DNA of 64,000 bases from Haliotis rufescens (Eukaryota): contig NW_025963783.1 of assembly GCF_023055435.1 (NCBI RefSeq), positions 558,001 to 622,000 on the forward strand. The letters are read 5' to 3'. The position numbers and the translations under genes are program-made. Positions 12,239 to 24,439 of this stretch are shown one piece after another (position 1 is the stretch's first letter; each line of letters begins with the position of its first letter). Below the pieces are notes generated by a model that had not been told where the DNA came from, searched no databases, and saw only the letters and a program-made list of their open reading frames with translations.

Positions 12239-14818
12239 TCAGCCTAAAGGGCGGCGGCTTTTACATAAGCCAGTAAAGCTTGTTTGTCAATCCCCAATCA
12301 TATATTTAAAAATCTGTTGAAACAAAATACATTGAAAAGCCTGGTTTCTTTGCATTAAAATCAAAACAACGGAATCTGTAATTAAAATGTGTAAGGTGTA
12401 AAAAGCTTTTACATAAACGAGCAAAATACATGGGGGAGAGTAAATACATAATTCTATATAATTTTCTTGAATGGAGCACATTTGAGAAAAAAAGATAATC
12501 CAAGCATATGCGATATTACCGTGTTGAAATAATTTATATCAGTCATATATTTCTAACTTAGATCACCGGTATGTAACCCAGGTAAAGCAGGCATATCGGG
12601 GAACATTGTAATCTTTTCATATTCCTCAAGGTTTTAATGTTTATTTGTTTATGTACTTCTTTTTTTTTCTCTCCTTTATTTTTTCTGGGTTAAATATTTA
12701 TCTAAATATACATTTAGTTACTTGTATGTGTGGGGGTGTTTACTAGAAACCTGGTTGCACCATGATATTCTAGCCACTGGTACCAATTTTTAAATCGTAT
12801 AGCCTGTATTAAGGAATATTTTTGGGATCTTAAATCAGAGTATAACGCACAGCCTGAGCAGGAGGCGTGCATGGATATGTTGACAGTTTTTAAGTAGTTA
12901 GTGTTAAAACCGAATGTTTGCGAGGATTAATAAGATTTCTGAATTCAGTTACAACAGTAACCGTACATGTATTTGTTACATTAAGTCATTTCATTCAAAT
13001 TTGTTTGGTATGATATATATCTTATAATTATTTTAGGATGGAAGGAACAGTTACCAAATAAAATATACTGAAATATCAATTCATTATGACCATATTTCAT
13101 AATCTTTTTTTTAAAGCAACCCTCCTTACATTAAAGATAACTATTTAAAGAATATAGTACTTAAAGACATTGCAACAAACCGAATAATCAGGGGGGAGAC
13201 TTTAAACTGAGGGGGGCGCGAAATATATCCGCCCGGGGGAGATTTTATTTCAGAACAGATTCTCCGGATTCTCCGGAGGAGAATCTGTACCGGTATAAAC
13301 TCTCCGGGGGAAGAATTTGTACGGGGGAGAGTTCATACCGGGACACCGGCACATAGTTACCGTTACACTGGAACTCATATATGTACAGTCACACTTCTTC
13401 ACGTTTCAATCGTTGTATTTCAGTACTTTTAGGCCTCAGGTGTTTGTGTACAAACGTCATGGTACATCTCAGCATATTGACAAATCAAGCGAAAGAAAAA
13501 GAACATGTAAGGAACGTAGCAGTATGTATCGAATGCACTCAAATACCTATCGTTTGTACATGAAGCTCGTATCATATTAAGCAGGCAACCTTGACATTAT
13601 AAATTGCAACCATACTTTGAACATGTGTATTTTCAGGATTGTTGACGCGATCAGGCTCGCTGACGAAACAGTGCGGATAACAGGAAGTAATTGGTAACTG
13701 AAGTTTCCTATTGAATTTGTTTTAATGTGATTTTATGATATTATGATATTATGCTATCTTAGCCCACTTTATCAAAAGTATGTGCTTGTACAGTGTGATG
13801 ATATTACACAGGCCACACACTGTCATGTATACGGTATACATCAGTTATATGTTATCTTATATTGCCTTGCTTGAAAACCGTATTAGAATCTATACCGAAA
13901 CGTCGCTTTTACAATAAATATACTAGTTATTATCCTAAAATAGCCTCTACTTTGTCTTTGTCCGCCTAATCATAATTATATGTTTGTACAGTGTGATGAT
14001 ATTACACAGATCACACACTGTCATATATACGGTATACACGCTTGACCACTCTGGTCTGCAGTGTCGGGTGTTTTTGCGTCCCCCTGGGTACACCAGTGAT
14101 TGTCAAACACATCAACAAAGTGTCTAAATGTTGAACGGCACAAGGGAGACTACTCTGTCAGTTTCAGGCACGCAAGACAAGCCACGCATCGCCGCTTCCG
14201 AGCAGCACAGTCACACAGTTAGTCAGTCAACATCATCGCAGCAGTGAGACAGAGTGGGCTCGCTATCAAGACAAGCAGCGTGTACAAGGGAGACAACTCC
14301 TGCAGTCACACGTTACAGAGCCATGCGGCCAAACTGACAACGCATCTGTCTTGCGACCTAAAACGTTTCCCTGCAGTGTACAATAAACAACTCGTCGTTT
14401 ATTTCTGACATAAAGAAATCCCGTCTCGTCCAGGCCGATTTAAACAGCTTCTGTTCAATAGTAAATTAGTTGCTGGAACCGTAACTTTAATCAAGAGTGT
14501 AAAAAGTCCGTATAAGAGAGTTGTAGGTAAATTACAGTAATGATAATTTGTAAGGAAGTGAGGGGACCGGATAAGTTTATTAATTTATCTGTGTCCCATA
14601 TCATACAAACAGGTATATTGTGATATTGGCAGCAAAGTTGTACGATAATTACTGACAGTTAATGTATAACTATACTTCATTAACCCACACAACTGTACTT
14701 AGTTTTAAGAGTCACTTTGTAATGACAAAGTGCGTTATAATTAGTACGTGTGATTTGTAAATTGCCACTGTCTAGCAGATGGTGCAATAGCAGGGTCACA
14801 TTATCAAGTCCTATTATA

Positions 14819-16312
14819 TACTGAACCAAATTAAAAGAACTTCACAATCCTAAAATTTTAACACTATGACCAGTTATCATTGTAAGCCCTTATTGTGTAT
14901 TTTAACAGTAATGGACACGTATTGTTTTCAGATAACAGCTGTTTTTTTGTGCAGGTGAATCGATCAAAATCATGTGCACAGCACTATAGTGGCAAAAGTG
15001 TTTTTTTTCACGTGCAACTGGTCACGTGGCCATAATACCGCACGTGTTTTCAGCGATACTTGTTAGCAGTCATTAACAAAAGAAGAAAAACACAAGAAAA
15101 CAAACTTCTTTGCGGCCATTTGTAATGCCACGCCTTTCAAATGTGCAATGTGAACGTGCCATCGGCATGTTGCAGACGGGAACGTCCGTAGCTGAAGTCG
15201 CAAGGACGATGGGTTGTAGTCGACGGACTGTTTATGATTTACAGGCGCGTCTACAGCAAACGGGTACCACCGCTGATCGGCCTCGGCCAGGTCGACCACG
15301 TGTGACGTCACATGCAGAGGCTCGTCAGATTGTCTTACGTCACCTCCGTAACCGATTTTTGACGGTTACATCAACCAGAAATGAACTGTTTAGGGGTAGA
15401 CTGAGAGCGCAAACTGTTCGAAACCGTCTAAGAACTGCTCACCTTCAAGCACGACGGCCATACTGCGGGCCGATTCTGACTCAATTACACAGACGTCAAC
15501 GTCAATTGTGGGCACAGTGACACTTACGATGGACTCAGAGGAATTGGAATCAAGTCGCCTTCAGTGATGAATCCCGATTAAATCTTCGGCTTGCTGATGG
15601 TAGGGCGACGGTGTACAGGAAGTTGACAGATTTCGAGGCGGATGTGTCATGGTGTGGGGTGCTTTCTGTGGCAATGCACGTTCCAGGCTTCTTGTCATCC
15701 GTGGCAACCTCAACGCTGCTGATTACCGCGACCAGGTACTGGCACCAGAACTTCTGCCTTTTATGGCAGCACATGGACCCGGTTTGATCTTCCAACACGA
15801 CAATGCCAGACCCCACAAAGCAATTTTGACAAGGAATTTCCTTCAGAATGCGGGAGTCAACGTCATGGACTGGCCGCCAAGGTCTCCCGACCTCAATCCC
15901 ATCGAATACGTCTGGGATGCTCTTGGCAGAAATCTGCGCACTCTCCAGAATCAACCACAGAATTTGCAAGATCTTGGCACCATTTTGCAGCAACAATGGC
16001 GTCGTCTTCCCAATCATGTGTTCAAAAGCATCACAAGGTCCACGCGGAGGCGTTGTGTGGCCGTTGTCAACGCACATGGTGGCCATACACGCTACTGAAC
16101 TTCAGATTCCCGTGCTTTGGACTTATGATTTAAACTGTTGATGTTATTAGCTAATACCGTAGGTGCTTGGAACAAATTATGGTTACCACCGTTAATTTAA
16201 ATCCTTTTTTGGACATTAATGATTAAATATTACTTTCTCTGATACATTTGTCCGTTGTATGTCATATATAGGATTACTTTTAAAAATGTGAAGTTTATAA
16301 TTTGACTCCGTA
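14819..16312 (+). mobile_element. Tc1/mariner transposon with both TIRs; transposase 15125-16098 disrupted
   Basis: TIRs tactgaaccaaattaaaagaacttcaca / tgtgaagtttataatttgactccgta with TA TSD; HTH, GRPR, FSDES, QHDNARPH, WPPRSPDLNPIE, GGHTRY; TGA at 15518-15520 and an internal deletion. Confidence 0.95.
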
Positions 16313-16834
16313 TACATAGTAATAAAACATTCGTCTCAGTCTGCCCCAGTAATATTCCTATTTGAATTGTTACATATGTGAATAAAGCTACAAAGAATAT
16401 CATAAGCAAATGTCTATGAATCACAATCAAACAGTGATGATACCTGGTGTTCGTGTTCTTAACAAGTGCTACAAGTGAGAACGCTGAGATCTCACAAACT
16501 CAAACACCATATACATACATTTTTTTAAGAGTGTACCTTGCTGGATGTAGCTAGCATACTGCTGAACAACGTTCACGTTCTCTGGGTGCAATAACTAAGC
16601 AGTGCGTTGGATCTGTTCGTGCCTGCCTGCTATTTAAGTTCACTTAAAAAACATCTGTGACACATCTGTGACGTCATTCTATTGTTCCATTCCATTCCTT
16701 TACTTTTCAGGTGTGGTTTGTCAACTATACATCATCTTGAACCAACATTTGAATTAATTGCAACTTTGAATAGACGGAACTATTTTTTACGTTTATTGAC
16801 AAGTAAATAATTTAAATTTCTTTCCGAAAACATG

Positions 16835-16908
16835 TGTCGCCAGGAGGGTTCGAACCCGCATCGTTTGATTTGAGAAAGTGTAATTGTCAACCTCAGCTAC
16901 AGCGGCCC
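16835..16908 (-). pseudogene. Degenerate tRNA-like head (SINE remnant or tRNA pseudogene)
   Basis: Reverse complement gggccgctgtagctgagg...gcgggttcgaaccctcctggcgac has A-box and B-box-like motifs but poor cloverleaf pairing. Confidence 0.4.
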
Positions 16909-17127
16909 ATGAAGTGTGAAATTAACTATTAAATATTTTCATAATTTCGCATACTGCTTAAAAGCTCAAAATAATATGTACATAATATTGTGTTGGAGCA
17001 GCTTACCTACAACAGTGTTGATATTTACAGCAATTAGATAAACCTTTCACGAGAAATGCAAATCAGGTAATATATATCCTTGTTCGGTGCTCTATATTTC
17101 CTATTATTCCCGTCAGCATGTATTGGC

Positions 17128-17400
17128 TTGGGTTTGGTTTGTTTGTTGTTTAACGCCGAACTCAGCAATATTCCAGCTATATGACAGCGGTCTGCAATTA
17201 ATCGAGTTTGGACCAGACAATCCAGTGATTGATATCATGAGCATCGATCCACGCAAATGGAATCGATGCCATGCATCAACCAAGTCAGCGAGCCTGACCA
17301 CCCGATCCCGTTAGTCGCCTTTTACGACGAGCATAGCGACCTTCTACGGCAGGCATGGTTTTTTGAAGACCAATTCTACCCCGGATTCTTCACGGGTCCA
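17128..17400 (-). mobile_element. SINE family B
   Basis: Reverse complement gacccgtgaag...gtcgtaaaaggcgactaacgggatcgggtggtcaggctcgctgac...ggaatattgctgagttcggcgttaaacaacaaac; other copies at 23090, 59120 and 60630. Confidence 0.85.
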
Positions 17401-17457
17401 GCATGTATTGACAATATGCTAGCAATTGATAAATACTAGTTTTTGACCCAACGAAAT

Positions 17458-18310
17458 TATGAGTGAGTGAGTGAGTGAGTTAAAATTTTAAATCACATCA
17501 GCAATATTTCAGCCATTTCGTAACATAATATATACATTGCGACTTATATTAAATCCTGCCAACGAAGGACAGTAAAATAACTAGACGTACCACAGAACAT
17601 GAATTAAAACGAGTATTGAATCATAAAAAAGGACAGCACTGATCATAACAATACATTATAAAAACGGGCTATACATTGCCAGCAATTGAAGGTAGATCAC
17701 CATCCTAGGGATCGGCCGGACCATGGGGACTTACAGTACTTTTGCTTCCTGCATGGACCCCAGCAGGATTTACATCATCCCTTCAAGTGTTGGCAATGAC
17801 ACATATTTTACTATTAAAAACGTGGTAGTTTTACTTTTACTTTAAAAGATGGGGAACTTACGTATCCTCTCAGGGGGACAATAATTTTACAGTACCTTGA
17901 CCCCATTCGAAGATTAAGCCACTAACAATCGCAGTTGCTAATTTAATCTACCAAATTTATAACATTATATTTTATACAAAACATATCATTAATCAACAGT
18001 TTGCAAACAATTCAATATCCTTTAAAAATCCAATAATTAAACGAGAATGAATACTAGTAAAAAGATTCTGAATAAATTATTTTAAATATTGATCCCTTGT
18101 GATGGAAACATCAATACAATCAAGCAGGACATGCCTGACTGTGATTCTTTACAAAAGGGATACAAAACGGAGGATCCTCACCTTTCAACAAATATTCATG
18201 TGTTCATCTACTGTGGCCAATACGACACCATCGTAAAATGACCTCTTCAAATCTGGATTGACAACCCAAGTAGGTGTAACCGATATTTGGTTTAATTTCA
18301 TGTAATTACG
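17458..18310 (-). mobile_element. 3' end of an I/Nimb-type LINE with (ACTC)n tail
   Basis: Reverse translation HEIKP..SRFEEVILRWCRIGHSR*THEYLLKGEDPPFCIP..TVRHVLLDC, the typical I-group C-terminal CCHC region, then 3' UTR and ctcactcactca tail. Confidence 0.8.
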
Positions 18311-18499
18311 AAATTATGAAGAGTCTGCACAGCGAATCGCGGCGCCTTAGACGACTGGGGCCACCCGTGCCCCCGACTTGGAAAATAGATATTTGCCATT
18401 TCAATATACCTCAAGTTGGTTCAAGGTTCATATGGTACGATACAATATACGTGTCGTGGCAAGGTGAAGACCTAACCATAACTCTTTTGTTTTTACCCA

Positions 18500-20520
18500 T
18501 GGTCTAACTAACCTATATGTTACAAGGATATAGGTTAGTTAGTTATATGTTAGTAAGATCACAGCCTGAACTATTTTCCAGAGGACGTTTCACGTTTCTT
18601 TCAACAACTTTTCAGGGTGATCATTGTTCCAGCTTTACATACACATCTTCCACAAAGCCATAGAAATCACAATCAGCATATGCACAATATTTGAGAAAAC
18701 AAAGAAGAACAGACACTTTTATAAGTATTGTTGTTTCTCATACAGAGACACCGAACAAGGCATTATCTTGTGAATTACAACTTCAGGCGATTTTTATATT
18801 CAAGAAAATGTCGAGTGGTCCGTGCGTGGAACGTAATCGTTTAACCGACGCTTCCGTTCTATCGGGTGATGATGAAAGAGTTGACGGGTGTCCCTGGACA
18901 ATCTTACTGATGGCCGCCACCTGCTTAGGGCAGATTCTCTTGTAATGGCGGACAGCATTGCTACGATGACCAGTTGTACTTGAAATCATCTGTTCATCCA
19001 CCCCACTGTGGAACAGTCTTGTAGCACATGACGCACGAAGGGAATGGTTGGGGAAAAAACAAAAATATACAGGAAGTTATTATTTTCTCAGCAACCATTT
19101 ATAGACAAGATGTGGGTTACCGATATGTATGTTACAAATATTCTTGTGACCTCTAAATCCTGCAGCTGAACACAACTTCAATATGGTCTTCGACAAGGTA
19201 TTTTGCCCAATCGGACTCTTCGAATACCACTGTGTTGGGCGTGGTTTTACCAGTGAGCGCAGATATTGTGCAAATCTACCTGCCACCATTCTAGCGGCGG
19301 CTTCGCAACATACGCGACGTGTGCACAACTTCCGGCTTTGTTGTGAACGTCGTTGCCATCAACAGCCAGATCCGATGTCTTTCCGTCAGCTCTGTTCTGT
19401 AGGTTTGTTCAGTGCAAGACTCGGCACCTCGAAACCTGGAACGAAAATACATGGTGGTTCAAAATATTGTTAAAATATTAGACTTTATCGAGTTCAAATT
19501 AGCCTGTTAAATAAGGCAGGATAGTAAGTCAAAATGGGTAAAACCTGCATAATTTCTTAAAAAAACTTGATTCACTGTATATAATTAAGCGTATAATGGA
19601 ACATACAATTTAGTCTTAACGCAGCTATGTACATGTATGTGGCACTCATGGGTTCGAATAGGTACAATCTGTGCATTATTATGAAATATAAATGAAATGC
19701 TTCCTGGTTTGCGCTTTTCTTGAAGGTTTTTTAATTATCAGTTGATTCAATTTGTGGCTCGGGCAAATAAATCCTAAAACGAGCTGAACCTTATTTTGTT
19801 AGAATGCTGTTTACAGTCTAAATATAGTATAGATATAGCTAATATTACCTAACAGGATGAATCGAATAATAGCAACACAAACCTTTCCATAATGAGGATT
19901 AACTGTTTCCAAATAGAACAAAGTCTATTACATGTATGCAAGTCTAACAAAGGTTGTAATGGGTTAACGTTGCAATTCATGACGAATGAGCTGGGATGAG
20001 CAGCATTAATTACTCTATCGGTAAAGATCACCATCGGTACATCTCAATGGATAGACTGTGGCCACAAACCACAAATAAGTGTTGTATATTCCGATGGTTT
20101 GCAAATACTTCCGCCAATTTGAAATTCTTGAGAAGTACAGAATCTCGACCTGTCTGTCAAATATATGAAGGTTTTCTACGTTTCATCGAAACGTGACTTC
20201 ACGATGTAGTGTTACTGTGCTATGACATCACAGCTATGGAACGTTTCGGCCTTAAACTCGAACACATCGCACTTAGCAAAGGTTTCGGTACTCCGACTAC
20301 CATGTCTAGGCATTGATGGAATACAGTAAAGACACAACATGTTTTAAAAGCAAAAGGAAGTCATGAAAAGAATCTTTCATGTCAATTGACCAATGGGTGA
20401 TCATGAAAGAAATATCTCGAGGGTTATATCGTTTAAATTCACACAAACTATATCTCCTGTGAAAGTCAGAATTGGATGAGATATTATTTTAAACAATATA
20501 ATTAGGAATAAAAAGAACAA
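18500..20520 (-). mobile_element. Crypton-type tyrosine recombinase element (DUF3504-like), degenerate; boundaries approximate
   Basis: WYSKSPIGQNTLSK..LCSAAGFRGH..NHSLRASCATRLFHSGVDEQMISSTTGHRSNAVRHYKR gives the HxLR, GH and Y catalytic motifs. Confidence 0.8.
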
Positions 20521-21039
20521 TTTAATTGCGAACCTATTGCTAGATGGCTTATACAAAACAAAAACCAGAATTAACAAAGCAACGCTATCATCTTATCATT
20601 CTATCCTCATATCGCATTATGCATAGAATGACGAAATATGACCTGAAACATATACTGGATGTTTACCACAAGGAATAAGCACACTAATGTGAAATATGAA
20701 AGAGAACCAAATCTGTAGCTCTGAGAAGAGTAGCTTCCAAAAAACACACCAGTGCATTAGCCATCGTCCTCCTGAATGAACTACTTCACTGTGTTGGAAT
20801 ACTTTCATCCACATCTTGAGTGTATGTGTCAGAGGCGCTCCATGGTGGACCTGTTTCCTAATTATTTGTATGTAAATGTCGATTAAAGAATAACGGGTGA
20901 GTACTGATTACTGATCTTAATCGCTATGTCTAGACCCACATCTTCGGAGTTGGTACTCGTATATCCATAGAGCATGTTCACTAGCCTGTATTTCTGCTGT
21001 ATGGAAGAGGATAGTTAATTGTCTTGCACTGTCTTTAAT

Positions 21040-21985
21040 GTCTTTATCTTTATTCATAAAAGTAGGAGAGGCCACAGGCCCATTAATTATACAGTTACTT
21101 CATTGCTTCAGAGAGTACCAGCATATATACATTGGTACATTGATATACATCGTTCACCCAATTGATTGTCTTAGTTGCATTGACTGTTGGATATAAGTAG
21201 GTTTTTTTGGTAGATACAAACTCCTGATATTGCCATAAGCATAAGACAGTGCAAAATGGTATTCATCCTCCATGTATCTTTGGTTGCACACGTGACATAT
21301 TCCATCTGATTTTACTTCTTTAACTTATCGCGAGGGGGCACGGGTGGCCCAGTCGTCCAAATCGCCGCAATTCGCTGTGCAGAGTTGCGTCCCTTGGTCA
21401 CACCAGAAACCTATGATTGCGGGTTCGCATCCCGGTTCTCCCCAATTATGTTTCTAGGTGTGTCAGGACCATAGCCGTGCTTGTGTGTTTAACCACACTG
21501 GTAAACGTCTGAAAACTGCATCACTTCGGGCTTTTCTCCAACATTAATGCTGACACGCTGTGATATAACTGGAATACTCTAAAAAGCGACGTTAAACACA
21601 ACTCACCTACTCACTTTAACATATCTACCAGTTTCAATTCGGAGCTAGTGTGAAGAAGAACATCTAAGTTGAGCTAATGCAGCACGGAATTTTGAAATTG
21701 AAATTTCTTTAATATAGAATTCGAGGCCAAAGGATAAGAAGCGTACGTTACCAATTTAGAACTGGAAGCAGTGCTGGTCGGTTACTTATATTATTTAGAA
21801 CAAGAAAAAGGTACTGGTCTTGCATTGGTGTTATACCTTAAAGATATTCTTTGGGCCAGCTGATGACAATAGTAAAGTGAGGTAAAATTTAAGGTCGCAG
21901 CGGCATTATTTCAGCCACAAAGCGACAAATTGCAAAAGATAGTCCTCAGTCCTCTCCTACTCCAAAAGTTGATATTACGAGCATT
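21040..21985 (-). mobile_element. LINE 3' fragment interrupted by a SINE
   Basis: KFRAALAQLRCSS..RIETGRY..CHVC..EDEYHF on the minus strand; gggcctgtggcc...aataaa end. Confidence 0.8.
21330..21613 (+). mobile_element. tRNA-derived SINE family A, full length
   Basis: A/B boxes and (ACTC)-like tail; 12-bp TSD ctttaac(t/a)tatc at 21318-21329 and 21614-21625. Confidence 0.9.
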
Positions 21986-21987
21986 AG

Positions 21988-22322
21988 GTAGTAGGGGTGG
22001 TGGTGGTGGTGTGTGTGATGGGATGGGGGTGCTGGTAGTGTAGCAGTACTCGTTGGTTGTTATGGGGTGGTGAAAAGTAGAAGTAGTGGTGGTGGTGGTG
22101 GTAGTGGTAGCAGTAGTAGTTATGGTGGTGATGTTGTTGTTGTTGGTGGTAATTGTAGTAGTGGTGGTGGAGATGGTGGTGATAGTAGTGGTGATGGTCG
22201 TGGGGAGGAAGGTGGTGGTAATGGTGGTGTTAGTGGTGTTAGTGTATGAGGTCATGGTTATTGTAGTAGTAGTAGTAGTACTAGTAGTAGTAGTAGTAGT
22301 TGTAGTAGTAGTAGTAGTAGTA

Positions 22323-22355
<33 letters not shown>

Positions 22356-22556
22356 ATAGAAGCGGCGGTGGTTGTGGGAGTAGTAGTAGTATTAATGGTG
22401 GCGGTTGTAGAAATAGTGGTGTTGATGTTGGTGGAAGTAGTTGTATTGGTTGTAGCAGTAGTAGTAGTGGTTGTGGTAGTAGCAGTGGTGGTGGTAGTAG
22501 TAGTAGTGCTGGTGGAGGTGTTGGTGGTAGTGGTGTAAGTGGTAGTTGTAGTAGAA
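21988..22556. repeat. Compound (GTA)n/(GGT)n/(GTT)n trinucleotide microsatellite
   Basis: Read directly. Confidence 0.95.
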
Positions 22557-23089
22557 ACAGTATCAGCTAGTCTGGAACACCGAAAGGCCTTTTTGCATCC
22601 AACTCTTCGACAGGTTTTATCTGCTTTCTTGTGTAACATTTAATAAAGCGAGAGATTATTTGACTTTTGAAACTGTTACACAAAAGATATAACATCCACT
22701 CAAAATCGAGAAATGTACAGTTCTTTGGACTGGTCCGTACAGGAGAGACTGGTCTCACGGTTGCAACATGGCAAAATCTCGTTCGAAAACCAAGTAAAGG
22801 TAAGAGACCTATGTCAAATCCTTGTAATGATCAGTTGAAATCTTCATGTTTTGGTAAATGTGAAACATCAACGCCAGAGTGCAACCAGTCTCGGAACACA
22901 TTCCACTGGGAATCAGCTGTGAAAATCACATGGAAGGTTCACTTAAAGTCTGTGATGACACCAGGTGTTGGCGAAAGAGGTGAGCACGTCCTTCCCTTCC
23001 GGCAACACCATCTCAAAATTGTAATTGTCAGATAAATTTATTTTTGCAATTGGCCGTCCAATATTATAAAAGTTACTGCAGGCTGGTGG

Positions 23090-23310
23090 ACTGAAGTCCC
23101 CATTCCGGGGGAGAATAGGTCTTCAGCAACCTATGCTTGTCGTAAAAGGCGACTAACGGGATCGGGTGGTCATGCTCGCTGGATCGATGCTCATGATATT
23201 AATCACTGGATTGTCTGGACCAGACTCGATTATTTACAGACCGCCGTCAAATAGCTGGAATATTGCTAAGTGCGGCGTTAAACAACAAACCAACCAACCA
23301 ACCACCCAAC
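23090..23310 (+). mobile_element. SINE family B
   Basis: Same body as 17128-17400 with (AACC)n tail; ctgaagtcccc appears on both sides as a possible TSD. Confidence 0.85.
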
Positions 23311-24266
23311 TGAAGTCCCCGACTTTCATCATAAGCTGAGTCAGCTACAAAAGAAATGTGTGGATCGAGACATCAAAACTGCCCACACCCCCACGGTTTG
23401 CAAAACAAATATTAATTCATAAACGTTTTTTTACTTATTTGCAGCAGAATCTCATATCGTTATTATCAATTTCAATAAAATCAGTAAATGCATGATCGCG
23501 TCGGTGAATTTTCTGGTCCATGGATGACTTTGTTTGTCTGGTTTGTTTATAGACCAATATCGCATGGCAGGAGTTCAGCTGTGCGTCGTATACTTAAGGC
23601 AACAAGCACTTTCGTATTGATGCAAATTGTTTGAGTGGTTGGTGTTACTGGTGGGGCAGGACATGCTTCCCCTTTTCGCGAACACCTGATGCCATCATTG
23701 ATTTTCATTGGTATTGTCATATAGTTTCCACATGTATTTAGCCCTTTATGCCAAACAGAATTAACTATCATGTTTAATGAACTAGATCTCTTCAGAGATT
23801 CCATTAGAATTGTATGTGTGAGATGGTTCTGTGAACATGTTTAGAATCGCGAAGGGGATGTTATGTCTTATTGACTTCACTTGGCTTCGACTGAGGTGTT
23901 TATCCCCGGTCACCTTGCGAGACAAACCCACATTCAGGAGCCTTTTGCTCGTAACATGAATGGCTCTTGTCATCCCTTCAAATCATATATTATTTATGAA
24001 AGAGCGGCAGAAGGTCCTTCAGGTATTCTCTACCAACTTGAAACAATTAAGTAACTTAGTCAATTTATTGTTTGAAATCACTGGAGGATGAAGCATCCTA
24101 TGCTTGTTCCCACCACTTGGATTTGGTCAAGTTGTCAGCATCCGATTTTTAATACGTTTGCCATGTCAGACACACTTTTAATCTCCATCACTTAGTCTAT
24201 GTCATGCTCAAAATGAACTTAAATCTATCAAGATGGGTTTTTTATCTGTAAACCTCTAGTCCTCAA

Positions 24267-24436
24267 GGGGGCACGGGTGTCCCAGTCGGGTAAGGCGCCG
24301 CGATTCGCTGTGCAGAGTTGCGTCCCTTGGGCACGCAAGAAACCTATGATTGCGGGTTCGAATCCCGGTTCGGCCCGATTATGTTTCTAGGTTTGTCAGC
24401 ACCATACCCGTGCTCATGGGTTTCACCGAAATGGTC
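24267..24436 (+). mobile_element. SINE family A, 5' half
   Basis: ggggcacgggtgtcccagtcgggtaaggcgccg...gggttcgaatcccgg. Confidence 0.85.
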
Positions 24437-24439
24437 TAA

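Larger units (their letters stand above)
8868..13693 (+). pseudogene. SAMHD1: SAMHD1-like HD-domain dNTP triphosphohydrolase, partial; exons 8868-9028, 9203-9312, 9473-9543, 10438-10569, 13637-13693; in-frame TAG at 9207-9209
   Basis: Spliced translation [96 protein letters not shown]; later exon IVDAIRLADETVRITGSN; GT-AG introns with consistent phases across the first four exons. Confidence 0.9.

Noticed and set aside
14062-14480. Possible solo LTR (TG start, aagggagactactc motifs, AATAAA)
   Set aside because: No convincing CA end, terminal inverted repeat or TSD could be fixed
21911-22639. 242-aa poly-Thr mucin-like ORF and poly-Val ORF on the other strand
   Set aside because: Trinucleotide microsatellite running into a LINE fragment; no signal peptide or exon boundaries
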